Numbered from the stretch's first letter, positions 1-15,224 are shown. The stretch: DNA of 64,000 nt from the human T2T-CHM13v2.0 reference genome, Homo sapiens (GCA_009914755.4 CP086569.2:19936001-20000000), one strand, 5' to 3'. The notes: generated by a model from the sequence alone, not told the origin. Program-made: numbers and translations.

Positions 1-1160
1 TCCTAAAAAACTAATCTTGAACGAAAAGATTAATAAAGCAGACTTTACTAAATTTAAGAATTTCTGTTTAACACAGCCTGCAGGAAAGAAGAGGAAGATA
101 TCTGCAACGCATATATAACTTAACAAAGAACTCCAATCCAGAATGCATAAAGGCCAAAAACTGATGAGAAGAAGGGATATCTTAGAAGAAAAATGCCAAG
201 AAATTTTGACAGGCTTGTCACAAAAAATAAAGGCATATATGAAAGCATATGAAAAAGTACACAATGTTATTAGACTCTGTAGAAAGATGCATTAAAACCA
301 CTTCTACATATTTATCATAAATGCTAAGTTTAAAAGGCTGAAAATGCAAATGTTGGCAAAAAAGGCTGAAAATGCAAGTGAAGGCACTGCCTGACTGGAG
401 TATAACTTAATATATCATTTGGCAAAATCATGTGAAGGGTTTACTAGAGCGGAACTGCATGACCCAAAACACAGCAGCTCCTGCAACAGGTAGATGTGTA
501 CACCAAGAGATATAGTCAAATATGACACAAAAGTATCATTCATACTAGATAAAACTTAGATGTAACCCAAATATCCATCAACAGTAAAATGGATAAAAGT
601 CATACGGCATTACAAAATGGGTGGGTAACAACTACACAAAACATGGATGCATTTTCACAAATAGCATGGGGCTAAAAAGGCACCCGCCCAAACACACTCC
701 TACCTCAGTCAATTTTCTGGGCATTATTGTCAAAATTCAATTAACCATAAATTTCAGACTTTATTTATGGACTCTCCACTGTGAACTCAATGCTAGCTCT
801 ACAGTCTTGATTACTGTAAATCTGTATTAAATTTTCAAATGAAGTGTGAGTATTCAAAATTTGCCCATCTTTTTCAAAACTGTTTTGGCTATTCTGGGGC
901 GCTTCAATGTCCATATGAATTTTAGAGGCAGTTTGTCAATTTCTGCAAAGACTTTAACTGGGATTTGAGAATGGTAACACTTAATCTATAGATCAATTTA
1001 GGGTACACGGCCTTTTGAACAACATATAATTTGAACTATGATCATGGACTGTCTTTCCATATACTTTGGTCTCTTTAATATGTTTCAGCAATATTTGGTA
1101 GTTTTTAAAATGCAAATTTTGCACTTATTTTGTTGAAATTTATTCATAATAGTTTTAGAG

Positions 1161-1430
1161 GCAGATTCCTGTTCTTTTACCCAGGTTGGAGTGTAGTAAT
1201 GTGACCATGGCTCAATGCAGCCTTGAACTCCTGGGCCCAAGCAATCCTCCTGCCTCAGCTTCCTGAATAGCTAAGGACAACAGATGTATGCCACTGCATC
1301 TGGCTAATTCTTTAAATTCTTGGCTATGTTGTGCAGGCTGGTCTCAAATTCCTAGCTTTATGTGATCCTCTCACCTTGGCCTCCTAAAGTACCAGAATTA
1401 TAGGTTCACATGAGCTACCATGCTCCGGCC
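1161..1430 (-). mobile_element. Alu SINE (older, diverged)
   Basis: Reverse-complement Alu dimer structure (..cccaggttggagtg..ctcagcttcctgaatagct..ggctaattc..) ending in ..ccatgctccggcc. Confidence 0.85.
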
Positions 1431-2994
1431 TTAAAAGACCATTACTCTTTATGTCCTTATTCTCTCTTATTTTGTACAGAGCACTCATAAACAAACTAGG
1501 TAATTTCAAACAGTAATTGGATACTTTCTGTTGCTTCTTCCTTCACCTCAAGACTAAGGGCATCAGAAGGGCAAAGAGACCTGTATTTTCCTAACACCAC
1601 ATGCGCATGTGCATGCTATGGTGTAGAAACACAGCTGCTTCTCTGACTAGTTACTCATTTGGTATATCTGGACTTTATGAAATTGACACAGGTTTTCTGT
1701 ATCAATATAAATTTATCTGTGATAAAGGTCCAAGGGTGCAACTACTGGGTAGTAGGATAGTTACACAGTTTTCTTTTTTTTTTTAAACTATCAAGAGATT
1801 TTCCAGAATAACTGTATTATTTGTATTTCCACCAGAAATGTACAAGTGATCCACTTAACATTGTTTACAACAACTGCTGTCACCATCCTTTCATTTTAGC
1901 TGTTCTGACATACACATACTGATATTTCAGTTTTAATTTGCATTTCCTGATGATTAATGAATGTTGAATTTATTTTCATGATTATTTTCTATCTGTAAAT
2001 CTTTGCCAAAATGTCTCTTTAAGTCTTTTGCTCATTTTCTAATTTGAATTTTTTACTGTTAAATTTTATGAGTTTTTATATATCATAGATGAAAAATCTT
2101 TGTCAGTTATACAGTTTACAGATATTTTCTCCCAATCTATAGCTCGTGTTTCATTGTATTCACTTTTTTTTGCAAAGTAAACATTTTTACTTTTAATGAG
2201 GTACAGTGTATAAATTTTTTTATACATTGTTCTTTTGGTGTCAAGTCTAAGAAATATTTTCCTAACCCTAGATTCTAAATATTTTCTTCTTTTTTTCTAA
2301 AAGTTTTACATTTCACATTAAGTCCATGATCTTTACTCACCCATAAGTGCCCAGCCCCATTTGAAAAGGCTACCTTTTCTCTATTTAGTTGTTTTCGTAC
2401 CTTTGTCTAATTTTGGGTTCTCTAAAATGTTTTATTAACCTTTGTCTCTATCATTCTTCCATACTATGTTGATTAATGTAGCTATGCAATATTCCTTAAC
2501 ATCAAGAAGTGTTTCCTCCCACTTACTTTCCTTGTCAAAGTTGGCTTATCTATTCTACTGCCTGTGTGTGACTTTTCACATTTGTTTTAGAATAAGATTA
2601 CTTATGTCTTTTAAAAACCTGAGATATTGATAGGAATAGTATTCATCCTACAGAACAATTTTGAGAAAACTGGAATGTAGGATGTTCCAATCCAAATAGA
2701 CAGTGGGTCTATTTACTTATGTATTCTTAGATTACTTTTATCAACAAATTCCAAGTTTCAGCATAAGTAAGGATTCATTTTCATAGGAATGACTGTAAGA
2801 GTACTGCATTTTTAATTTCTGTGCCCATATGTTCACTGTTAAATAAAAATGAGGTTAGTATTTATGCATTGATCCTACAACTTGACACTTTGCTGAACTC
2901 ACTTACTAGTTATAGGATGTTTTCTATAGCTCCCTTAGGATTTTCAACACATACACAATTATGACACCTGCAAAATGAGACAATTTTACTAATT

Positions 2995-3160
2995 TTCTTT
3001 TTTTTTTTAAGACAGGGTCTTCCTCTGATGCCCAGGCTGGAGTGTGGTGGTGCAGTCTTGGCTCACTGAAACCTCCGTCTCCCAGGTTCAAGTGATTCTC
3101 CTGCCTCAGCCTCCCTGAGTAGCTGGGACTACAGGCGCATTCCAGCATGCCAGGCTACTA
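2995..3160 (-). mobile_element. Alu SINE 3' fragment (antisense)
   Basis: T-run followed by gacagggtcttcctctgatgcccaggctggagtgtggtggtgcagtcttggctcactg.. (Alu right arm, reverse complement). Confidence 0.8.
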
Positions 3161-3454
3161 GGCCTTTTTATTTCTTTTCTAATATGTATGTTGTTTATTT
3201 TCTTCCCTTGCATTACAGTCTAGAACTGCCAACTGAATAAAAATAGTAACAGGAAACATCCTTGCCTTTTCCCCAATGTGACAGAGGAGGCATTCAATCT
3301 TACACCATTAAGAATGATGTTGGCTACAGGTTTTTTGTAGATTCTTTTTAAACAACCTATGGTTATTTCCCCTCTATGTGAACCTGCTCAAACTTTTTGT
3401 CATAAATGGGTGTTGGGTTTAGTTAAATGGTGTTCCTGCATCAACTGATTTGAC

Positions 3455-3486
3455 TGTATGTATGTATGTGTGTATGTATGTATGAT
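3455..3486. repeat. (TGTA)n/(TATG)n microsatellite
   Basis: tgtatgtatgtatgtgtgtatgtatgtatg. Confidence 0.8.
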
Positions 3487-4199
3487 TTTTCTTTATTCTG
3501 TTGATAAGTTTGATTACATTGCTTGATTTTAGAATGCTGAACCAGATTTACATTCCTGGAGTAACCTGAACTGGGTTGTGATGTATTACTCTTCTTCATA
3601 TACTGCTGTTATCAATTTGCAAATTTTTAAAAAGATTTTTGTGTCTACATTCATGAGGGGTATTGAGCTGTATTTTTTTTATTGTACTTTTTTTCTGGTG
3701 TTGAGATACAGATATTCCTAACCTTATATTGGGTTGTGTCCCATTCTCAATTATTTTCTGGAAACAACTGTGTGAAGTTGATGGTAAGTCTTTTTTAAAG
3801 GTTTTGAGGAATTCTCCAGTGAAAATATCTGCACCTAGACATTTCCTTCCTAGAGCTTTTCAATTACTAATTCAGCTTCTTTACTGGCTATAGGACTATT
3901 CATTTTGTCTATTCCATTTTGATTGAATTGTTATACTTTATAGTTTCAAAAGAATTTGTTCATTCCTTCTACTTATGAGTATACTTAATAGATATGCAAA
4001 GAGGCAAGAAGACAGGACCCATATGAGGAGAAAAAACCATTCAATCAAAACTGACTCACAAGTGTTATCACTAGCAGACACAGACATGAAAACAACTAAG
4101 AAAACTGTATACCCACGATCAGAAAGCTAAGAGACATGAAGAATACAAGGAAGATCCAAATCAAACTTCCAGACACAAATACAACAATGCTTGGAGTAA

Positions 4200-4625
4200 A
4201 AAATACAACAAATGGAATTAACAGTATGATATGCTTTGGCTGTATCTGCACCCAAATCTTATTTTGAATTGTGGTTCCCCAAATCCCCACATGTCCTGGG
4301 AAGGAAGAAAAAATATTCAAGTATTGGTAGGAAGTACTTAAATCATGGGGGCAGTTACACCATCATGTTCTCATGATAGTGAGTTCTCAGGAGATCTGAT
4401 GGCTTTCTAAGGGTCTTTCCCCCTTTGGAGTAAAAAAGCACTTCTTGCTGACACCATGTGAAGAAGGATGTGTTTGTTTCCCCTTCCACCATGCTTGTAA
4501 GTTTCCTTAAGACTCCTCAGCCATATTGAACTGTGAGTGAATTAAATTTCTTGCCTTTATAAATTACCCAGTCTCGGGTGTGTTTTTATTAGCAGTGTGA
4601 GAACTAACACACAGTAGAACAGGCA
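4200..4625 (+). mobile_element. L1 (L1P/L1MA-type) 3'-end fragment
   Basis: Characteristic ..tttggctgtatctgcacccaaatcttattttgaattgtggttccccaaatcccc..catggggg..tttccccctttggagtaaaa..ccagtctcgggtgtgtttttattagcagtgtgagaactaacacac motif block typical of primate L1 3' UTRs. Confidence 0.55.
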
Positions 4626-5133
4626 CTGTGGTAGGAAAGAATAGTAAATCTGAAGACACAGCAATAGAAATGCACAAAATACAATAGGAAAAAATAATTA
4701 AAAATAAAAATTTAAAAACATCATTGAATTGGGTGACAACCTCAAATGGTCTAACTATAACCGGAATCCTTGACACTGGAGAGAAAAGAAAAAATATTTG
4801 AAGAAATGAAGGCTAAACTTTTTCTATATTTAATGAAAATTATATCCTACAGATTCAAAATGTTAAATGAAACTCAAGCATAAGGAACATGAAGAAAATT
4901 ACACACAGGCACATCATAACCAAATTGCTTAAAACCAGTAACAAAAAGAAAATCTTAAAAGCAGAGATAAAAGACAAGTAACCCTGAAAGAAACAACAAA
5001 ACACTATTGAGAAAAAATTTAAAAGGGAGAATTATATCTCATATGAGTCAAATGATTCAATATAATTAAAGCGTCAGTTCTCTGCCAAATTGATTTACAG
5101 ATTCAATGCAATTGCATTAAAAATTCCAGAAGC
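4626..5133 (+). mobile_element. Old L1 (L1M-like) ORF2-region fragment, 5' flank of nested L1PA
   Basis: Degenerate ORF2-like translation (..DSMQLH*KFQK.. continuing after the insert as PFFVEIGKLIVKVTEKYKGPRLVKTALKMKNKVRGL*IYDFKNYYKAKV = L1 ORF2 ..NAIPIKIP..FF.EIEK..LKF.W..KRPRIAK..LKKKNK.GG.TLPDFK.YYKA.V). Confidence 0.6.
5119..5133. repeat. Target-site duplication (left copy) of nested L1PA
   Basis: aaaaattccagaagc immediately 5' of the L1 5'UTR; identical 15-mer at 9061-9075 after the L1 poly-A. Confidence 0.85.
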
Positions 5134-6037
5134 CGCAGGAGCCAAGATGGCCAAATAGGAACAGCTCCAGTCTACAGCTCCCAGCGTGAGCGATGCAGAA
5201 GACGAGTGATTTCTGCATTTCCATCTGAGGTACCGGGCTCATCTCACTAGGGAATGCCAGACAGTGGGCACAGGTCAGTGGGTGCACGCACCCTGAGCGA
5301 GCCGAAGCAGGGCGAGGCATTGCCTCACTCGGGAAGCGCAAGGGGTCAGGGAGTTCCTTTTCCGAGTAAAAGAAAGGGCTTACAGACAGCACCTGGAAAA
5401 TCAGGTCACTCCCACCCGAATACTGCGCTTTTCCGACGGGCTTAAAAAACGGAGCACCACGAGATATATCCCACACCTGGCTCGGAGGGTCCTACGCCCA
5501 CAGAGTCTCGCTGATTGCTAGCACAGCAGTCTGAGATCAAACTGCAAGGCTGCAGCCAGGCTGGGGGAGGGGCGCCCGCCATTGCCCAGGCTTGATTAGG
5601 TAAACTAAGCAGCTGGGAAGCTCGAACTGGGTGGAGCCCACCACAGCTCAAGGAGGCCTGCCTGCCTCTGTAGGCTCTACCTCTGGGGACAGGGCATAGA
5701 CAAACAAAAAGACAGCAGTAACCTCTGCAGACTTAAATGTCCCTGTCTGACAGCTTTGAAGAGAGCAGTGGTTCTCCCAGTACGCAGCTGGAGATCTGAG
5801 AATGGGAAGACTGCCTCCTCAAGTAGGTCCCTGACCCCTGACCCCCGAGCAGCCTAACTGGGAGGCACCCCCCAGCAGGGGCACACTGACACCTCACACG
5901 GCTGGGTACTCCAACAGACCTGCAGCTGAGGGTCCTGTCTGTTAGAAGGAAAACTAACAAACAGGAAGGACATCCACACCAAAAACCCATCTGTACATCA
6001 CCATCATCAAAGACCAAAAGAAGATAAAACCACAAAG

Positions 6038-7054
6038 ATGGGGAAAAAACAGAACAGAAAAACTGGAAACTCTAAAAAGAAGAGTGCCTCTCCTCCTCCA
6101 AAGGAACGCAGTTCCTCACCAGCAACGGAACAAAGCTGGATGGAGAATGACTTTGACGAGCTGAGAGAAGAAGGCTTCAGACCATCAAATTACTCTGAGC
6201 TACGGGAGGACATTCAAACCAAAGGCAAAGAAGTTGAAAACTTTGAAAAAAATTTAGAAGAATGTATAACTAGAATAACCAATACAGAGAAGTGCTTAAA
6301 GGAGCTGATGGAGCTGAAAACCAAGGCTCGAAAACTATGTGAAGAATGCAGAAGCCTCAGGAGTCAATGCGATCAACTGGAAGAAAGGGTATCAGCGATG
6401 GAAGACGAAATGAATGAAATGAAGTGAGAAGGGAAGTTTAGAGAAAAAAGAATAAAAAGAAATGAACAAAGCCTCCAAGAAATATGGGACTATGTGAAAA
6501 GACCAAATCTACGTCTGATTGGTGTACCTGAAAGTGATGGGGAGAATGGAACCAAGTTGGAAAACACGCTGCAGGATATTATCCAGGAGAACTTCCCCAG
6601 TCTAGCAACGCAGACCAATGTTCAGATTCAGGAAATACAGAGAACACCACGAAGATACTCCTCAAGAAGAGCAACTCCAAGACACATAATTGTCAGATTC
6701 ACCAAAGTTGAAATGAAGGAAAAAATGTTAAGGGCAGCCAGAGAGAAAGGTCAGGTTACCCTCAAAGGGAAGGCCATCAGACTAACAGCGGATCTCTCAG
6801 CAGAAACCCTACAAGCCAGAAGAGAGTGGGGGCCAATATTCAACATTCTTAAAGAAAAGAATTTTCAACCTAGAATTTCATATCCAGCCAAACTAAGCTT
6901 CATAAGCAAAGAAGAAATAAAATACTTTACAGACAAGCAAATGCTGAGAGATTTTGTCACCACCAGGCCTGCCCTAAAAGAGCTCCTGAAGGAAGCGCTA
7001 AACATGGAAAGGAACAACCGGTACCAGCTGCTGCAAAATCATGCCAAAATGTAA
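6038..7054 (+). pseudogene. L1 ORF1 (ORF1p) with one in-frame nonsense codon
   Basis: MGKKQNRKTGNSKKKSASPPPKERSSSPATEQSWMENDFDELREEGF..EDEMNEMK then TGA at 6425 (expected R, a CGA>TGA change). The same frame continues as EGKFREKRIKRNEQSLQEIWDYVKRPNLRLIGVPESDGENGTKLENTLQDIIQENFP..LQNHAKM*. Confidence 0.85.
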
Positions 7055-7117
7055 AGACCATCGCGACTAGGAAGAAACTGCATCAACTAACGAGCAAAAT
7101 AACCAGCTAACATCATA

Positions 7118-8954
<1,837 letters not shown>

Positions 8955-9060
8955 TGACGAGTTAGTGGGTGCAGCGCACCAGCATGGTGCATGTATACAT
9001 ATGTAACTAACCTGCACAATGTGCACATGTACCCTAAAAGTTAAAGTATAATTAAAAAAA

Positions 9061-9075
9061 AAAAATTCCAGAAGC
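9061..9075. repeat. Target-site duplication (right copy) of nested L1PA
   Basis: aaaaattccagaagc following the L1 poly-A. Confidence 0.85.
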
Positions 9076-9240
9076 CTTTTTTGTAGAAATTGGTAAGTTG
9101 ATTGTAAAAGTCACAGAGAAATACAAAGGGCCTAGACTAGTAAAAACAGCACTGAAAATGAAGAACAAAGTTAGAGGGCTATAAATATATGATTTCAAAA
9201 ATTATTACAAAGCAAAAGTAACCACAAAAGCATGATGTCC
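9076..9240 (+). mobile_element. Old L1 (L1M-like) ORF2 fragment, 3' flank of nested L1PA
   Basis: Continues the ORF2-like reading interrupted at 5133. Confidence 0.6.
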
Positions 9241-9241
9241 A

Positions 9242-9579
<338 letters not shown>

Positions 9580-10502
9580 TCAACTGGACGACTAATTCCT
9601 CTCAGGAGAAAACTCCACCCCCAGTACCAAAAAACACTCTACCCAAAGAAAAACTTCACACCCTCAGGCTGGGAAAAGTGGACCCAGTAAAAGCAAATTA
9701 CTCCCTGTTTAAAAACTTGCTTAAACCTTTACAAAAAAACATTTCTTTTAACTTTTAATGTTGGTAAAAATCCACATTCTTAAGCCTCCTTATAAACCTT
9801 TTACCAAAGGTACTTTTTACTTTCCTTACACATCTTGCACATAAACTGTTTCTTCAATAGTTTTACATTCAGGAGGCCTAATACTTTTAAATTATACAAC
9901 ATTTCTTGCATAAATTCCATTTTACAACTTTTTTTCATGACTTTCACAGACAATTCTTCCACATGCCTCAACTTTCTGACTTGTTGCAAATATCCCTTTA
10001 TTTAAACAACCAGTTATTTTAGGAAAATAACTTACCATATAGCATTCCGTTTTACATAAATTCTACCCCCCTTTTTTTTTCTCTCAAAGACGATAAACAT
10101 TCTTTTCCAAAGTGAACCTCCTTCATGTCCACAGACATGGGGACTACACTGTCTAAGGACAGAAGATTAGAAGTTAAGTTAGCATGTTACACTGCTAACT
10201 TTTAGCAAATTTTACTTTTGTTGAAAACTTTGTACGTTTGGGATTTCAAGTATTCTTTGCTATTAGTAAGACCTGTTCAGTCCACATTAACTTAGAACTG
10301 GTATAGATGGCTCCTTCCTGATTCTGTAGGTACTTTAAGGCTTTGCTGAATGCAAACAGGTCGCACGTTTGAGCAGACCAATTAGAAGGCAATTTTCCTA
10401 ACTCTGCTTCTACAGGAGTTTCAAACCCATTGTGTCTTTTTCCTTCAATCACCCGGGAGGAACCATCTATCCTTCTGTCCAGAAGGGAGTTCCTCCTAGG
10501 TA

Positions 10503-10615
10503 TGGTCCGACCTTTGTGTGGTAATTAAGATTTAGATTCCCTGTTAAGAAACCTACTTGTCCAACCTTTGTGTGGTAATTAAGGTTTAGATCCCCTGTTA
10601 GGAAACCTACAGGGG
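10503..10615. repeat. Tandem duplication (~55 bp x2) inside ERV internal region
   Basis: cctttgtgtggtaattaagatttagattccctgttaagaaacctac / cctttgtgtggtaattaaggtttagatcccctgttaggaaacctac; single copy in the related provirus at ~52440. Confidence 0.6.
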
Positions 10616-11305
10616 TTAAGGGAATTTTCAGTGGTTAATGTTAAATCATCTTTTTCTAGCAGAATGGCCTCACACTTTAAGATTCTTGAGTCAGTAAGGA
10701 CTACATTTTTGCCTTTTTTTTTTTTTTTAATTTAAGACAGTTCTGACCTGATAAGGTGGGCTCACAATGAGGCTTCCTCTAAAAGTTATTTTTCTACTTT
10801 CTTCCATTAGCAAAGCATTGGACACAATAGATTGAAGGTATTTGGACCATCCGCAGGTTACTGGGTTAAGAATTTTTATTAGGAAGGCTAGGGATTGTCA
10901 GTGGCCTCAGTGCTTTTGGGCTATGCCCTTGTTTACACTGACAACAAGGTGGTATTGTAGTGTTACAAGGTTCCTGAGAAGACCTTCAATTATTAATTAT
11001 AGGTTTTTAATTTACCCTGGATTTTAAAGGAATAGGATACACTGTTTTCTCTTTACCACTATCTCTCTCTTTCTCTCTCTGATTCCGTTTGTCTGTCTCT
11101 CTCTGCTTCTTTTTCTCTTTGACTTTGTTTCTCTTTCTCTGCCTCTGCCAGCCGCTCATGCTGCTGTTCTCTCCTCTCCTTCCCCTTCCCCTTCCTCTAG
11201 AGGAGGGACCAGTGGGAGTGGAGCTACTCTTTCTTTCCCCAAGATGAAAGGAAAGGGGAGTTTTGAGTATTTTTCTTACCACCAGAGGTTTGTGTAAGGT
11301 TCAAC

Positions 11306-11570
11306 CCCCTGAAATCTGCGGAAGGCTCAACCCCTCAAAGCAGGGGTGTCTCACTTTGCCTGCCCCAGAAGGCTCAACCCCTCAAACCAAGGATGTCTTG
11401 CCTTGCCTGCCTCGGAAGGCTCAACCACTCAAACCAGGTGATGGCTTGCCTTGCCTGTCCTGAAAGCCTCAAACCTTCAAACCAGGGATGTCTCACCTTG
11501 CCTGACCCCAAAGCCTCACCACCTCAAACCAGGGATGTCTAGCCTTGCCTGTACCAGAAGGTTCACCTGT
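11306..11570. repeat. ~47-bp tandem repeat (5 copies) in ERV leader
   Basis: Units like ggaaggctcaacccctcaaaccaaggatgtcttgccttgcctgcctc repeated with variation; absent from the homologous position of the provirus at 50438-57999. Confidence 0.7.
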
Positions 11571-11749
11571 TTCCTCCCTTTCCCCCTCTGAAGGTCCCTT
11601 GCACACTTCCCACTCATGTTATCCTCTTTCGTTGCCCCCTTAAGGGAGAATTAGGCCCCTCTTAATGTTGGGTGCCGGTATAAATCCCATGGCATAATCC
11701 GCCCTAAGCCATATGAGGTAGCTACGGAACCACGGAGAGAAACCCACTG

Positions 11750-12810
11750 ACGCCATCCAGCAGTAGGACTTGTCACCATCCACATGAACAACACCGCAAG
11801 TAGGGTTGTTTTTGATCATTCACGCACACACACGTTTAGCCCTCCAGAATCTGACCACCAAGGAAGTACTTTACCTGACTTCCGCGGCCTCTCTCCTTCC
11901 TTGGTCTGTGCACAGAGTCATCGCCGCAGTACGTGAGGATGCTTTAAGAGGTTGCTAGCCCATTTCTTTCCGCGTTGCTGACAGCTTGGGTTATTTCTCT
12001 CACTGGGTGGGTCCTGATTTCTTACCCCTGAGGCCACCACAAGCGGGCAGGGTGCACCTACTCACAAGAGCAAGCCAGAGACCGGTGGGCCCTGAGAGGA
12101 ATGTAATTACAGGTGAGCCCCCCAAATTGTTATAAAGTTTTGTGCCGCAAAAGAAACAGCACTCAAATATAATTTTTTTTTTTTTAATTCTCAGCAAGGC
12201 AATGTAATTCTATAGAAGGGTGCCCCCTTACATTTGGAGCAATAGTGAGCACACACCTGGACAAGGGAGGAGAGGAGGTTCTTATTCCCGATCCACGTGG
12301 ACCCTGCTGCTGTGTTCCCCTATTGGCTAGGGTTAGATGCACAGGCTAAACTAATTCCAATTGGCTAATTTAAAGATAGTGTACGGGTGAGTGGTTTGGC
12401 TGGAAAAATGGTTATGGCAGAGCAGGAAATCAGAAAGAGTCAGGGTGGAAAATGAGTCAGGGCAGAGCAGGTAATCGGAATGAGTCAGGGTGGAGCAGGT
12501 AATCGAAAAACGTTGTGCTACAAGGATGTTAAGTTTAAAAGTAGAAAGCAAAGAATTGAACATACATACTGATTTTTTGAAGAGAAATTTACAGCTCATA
12601 TCTAACAATACTATAAGTCAAATTGTTTCTTCTTGCCTAAAAGCAATCCAGCTCCCAATGGTGCTGCAAACTAAACCACGCATGAATATGCCATTCTTCC
12701 AAGGACCCTTAAAACCCCCGGAGAAGCCTTAGCTGCTGTTCCCCATTCAGCGTCCCTTTTCAGCAGAAAGCAGTGAGAAAATGTGGTGGCCCTAAACACC
12801 CTAACAGCAG
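11750..12810 (-). mobile_element. ERV1 LTR (HERV9-group, LTR12-related?) serving as 5' LTR of the antisense ERV
   Basis: Element-sense order: TG-start (tgttagggtg..), U3 with tandem gattacctgctccaccctgactcattcc repeats, CCAAT-containing ..ctttaaattagccaattggaattagtttagcc.., ccttctatagaa, then ..ctgctggatggcgtcag.. before the leader. Exact family uncertain. Confidence 0.45.
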
Positions 12811-12939
12811 TTAGGGTTAACTTGTTCAGAAGGAGGAATGTTACAGGAGTTATTAGGAAATTATTTCAGGCAGATAGAGGGGAAAAAGGGTCCTTGAAAA
12901 GCTTTCATCTCTTCTAAAGCAGCTCCAGGAACGCTTCTT

Positions 12940-13390
12940 GTCTAGCAGGAAAGCCTAGCTAAGAGCCCGCTGGCAACCTTTGACATGCAAATGCACACCA
13001 TTAGAAACTGGGTCCACCCAAACATGGCGATTCTCACGGTTTTCCTCTTGCCCTTGCCCCCATATTTGCCTGGCAACATGGCCACCTCGACATATCCCCA
13101 CGTGTATAGAACATCAGGGCCCCTGTGTTTGCATATTAAAAGGCTAAGGTGCAAGGGTCAGTTTTTTCAAAGACTATGGGAACAATATTCCTGGTCAAAC
13201 CAATACCCTAAGCATATCAAACACCGACTCCTCATATAACTGGCTAGTATCTCGGGGCACTCCAGGTTTCCTATCTCGGCTATAGAGCCCTCCTCCCTCT
13301 GTCTCTGTAAAAGAAAGCTCCTTCCTTCATGCTGCCTATTAAACTCTCCGCTCCTTAAATTCACTCCACGTGTGTTGCTGTCATTTTATC
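12940..13390 (+). mobile_element. Unclassified LTR-like segment
   Basis: Shows gcatattaaaaggctaaggtgcaagggtcag (TATA-like) then cctattaaactctccgctccttaaattcactccacgtgtgttgctgtca (polyA-signal/R-like end). No internal region recognisable. Confidence 0.3.
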
Positions 13391-13429
13391 CAATTCAACA
13401 GAAAACAAAAAACCCTGGTGTTTCTCCAC

Positions 13430-14040
13430 TCATCAAAGCCGTCTCCCATTGTCTCCCATCAGCCTCGGCCCGGTGGCCCCAGGGTTGGGCGTGTTTGCGT
13501 CTCCGGGTGCACAGAGCTATCACTTCTCACTCCCTCCTCACTGGGAAGTCCCTCCCATTGTCTAGCCTCAGTACCTCTTGATACTCTCACAGCGCCCCGC
13601 TGCCATCCACAGCGCCTCCCAGCCCGCGGCTCTGGGACGCTACCCTCGGGACCCCAGCTGCACTCACCTAGGTCGGGCCGGCACTTGCCCTTGTCCTTTT
13701 GCAGCTACAGCTCGGCGCGTAAATCACCGACATCCTCGCAGCCTCCACTGGAACAATAGTTTCCCTTGTTGAGGCTGCTACCCTGGAAGCGAGGAGAGGC
13801 GGGGACGAAGGAGGAGCCGAGTGTCCATCTTGCGCATCTGGCCTCCCGCATCTAGGCACATGTTTAAGATGCTTACACAGCAGGTGCCATGCTAACTGCT
13901 GGCAGAAGGAATCCCGCCTTCTTGCATGCAGGCACTCGCCGGGCTTGGGAAAGAGCTGCCCCATGATCCAGCCAGTGAAGTGAGGTGGCCGCTTATGTGA
14001 GAGTTCTCCAGTCACCTCTAAATTTATGGACACGGGATAT
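13430..14040. promoter_or_regulatory. Small CpG-rich block (weak CpG island)
   Basis: About 28 CpG in ~600 bp (..cagcccgcggctctgggacgctaccctcgggacc..cagctcggcgcgtaaatcaccgacatcctcgcagcc..ggcggggacgaagg..). Confidence 0.3.
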
Positions 14041-15224
14041 TGATGTACCCTTAACTCCCTTTTACAGATGAGTCAATTCCACAAGGACGGTGCCAGACAA
14101 CTCCAGACAGTAGGGATCCCAATTCAAGGATCTTCAATGTCTAAGTTATCTGAATATTATACTGACAGAGAGTCTGCATTTCCCAGGACAGGTCCTGCTC
14201 AAGGTCACTGGTGCTGGTGACCTTGAGGACTCATTTAAGAAACATGTGTTGGGCATCTAATGTGTACTGGGTACACTGGGCAACAAAGATAACACCATCC
14301 CTGCTCTTCTGGCTGGTGGTGGACACAAACATTGACATGGTGTGGCTGGGGTGCAGTTGGGGGTGCATAGGGCACAGAGCAGAGAGGAGGCTCACAGGAG
14401 GCACCTGACCCAGACTCGGGGCATCTAGGAAGCCTTCCTGGAGGAGAAGATGTTGCAGCAGGAGTCAGGTAGAGCTGGTTGGCAGTTACATGAAGTACAG
14501 AAAGAGTGTTTCTGGTGGGAGGCACAGCAAGTGGGAAGGCCGAGAGGTGAGGAAGATACTGGCTCCTTCCAGAAAATGACAATAATAGGGAACATCATGG
14601 GTATCTTCCCACCAGAGCCAGTAGGCCAACAGGCAGTCAACTCCTAGCCTGTCTCTCTTCCCTTGGCTCATCCCTGACCCCCTGGGGCTGCCCTCTCAGA
14701 ATTGATTCGGTGTCAGAGTGGAGCAGCTGGAGCTGCTTGTGGTGCAGCTGGTAGTGGATAACCAGAGCCAGCAGTGAGCACTGTGGCTGGGAGCTCAGGG
14801 CACTGGAGCTGCAGGAGGTAGGGGATGAAGGAGGTGAGAGACGCCAGAATGGAGGATCCCTGAGCTCTTGTGTGTGGAAAAAGGAGAAGCCATATTGGGT
14901 CCCAGCCAGGCTGAGGAGCTACCTAGGCACACCGACATACACATAAAACTCGTTCATGCACCCTCCTTCCACTTGCCAGACTAGTGTCCTCCCATGCAGG
15001 TGCTCAACATCCCACCCGACATCCCACCCAAGCCCCTCTTAGTTACCATCATTTCTTCCAGCAAGCAATTCCCTAAACTCAGTAGGCATTTCTCCCTTTC
15101 CCAAGCCCACGGATGATTGTCTTCTCCCAAGCAGCCTGTGAAGTCCTCACTTCGGTGTCTTATTACCTCCTGCTTTGGGTGTGACTGAATTCTCCTGACA
15201 CTAGAAGAAAAAAAGTTAGGCGGT

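Noticed and set aside
9801-9989. 62-aa K-rich minus-strand ORF (MQQVRKLRHVEELSVKVMKK..) as a candidate ERV gag matrix remnant
   Set aside because: The region is no longer colinear with the gag of the related provirus beyond ~10260. The ORF is short, lysine-rich and AT-driven, and I cannot support homology from sequence alone.
11050-11160. CT-rich tract (ctctctctttctctctctgattcc..) as a separate microsatellite
   Set aside because: It corresponds to the GA/CT-rich leader segment also present (as gagagaaagagagag..) in the homologous provirus at ~51900-51990. It is part of the ERV internal sequence, not an independent repeat.
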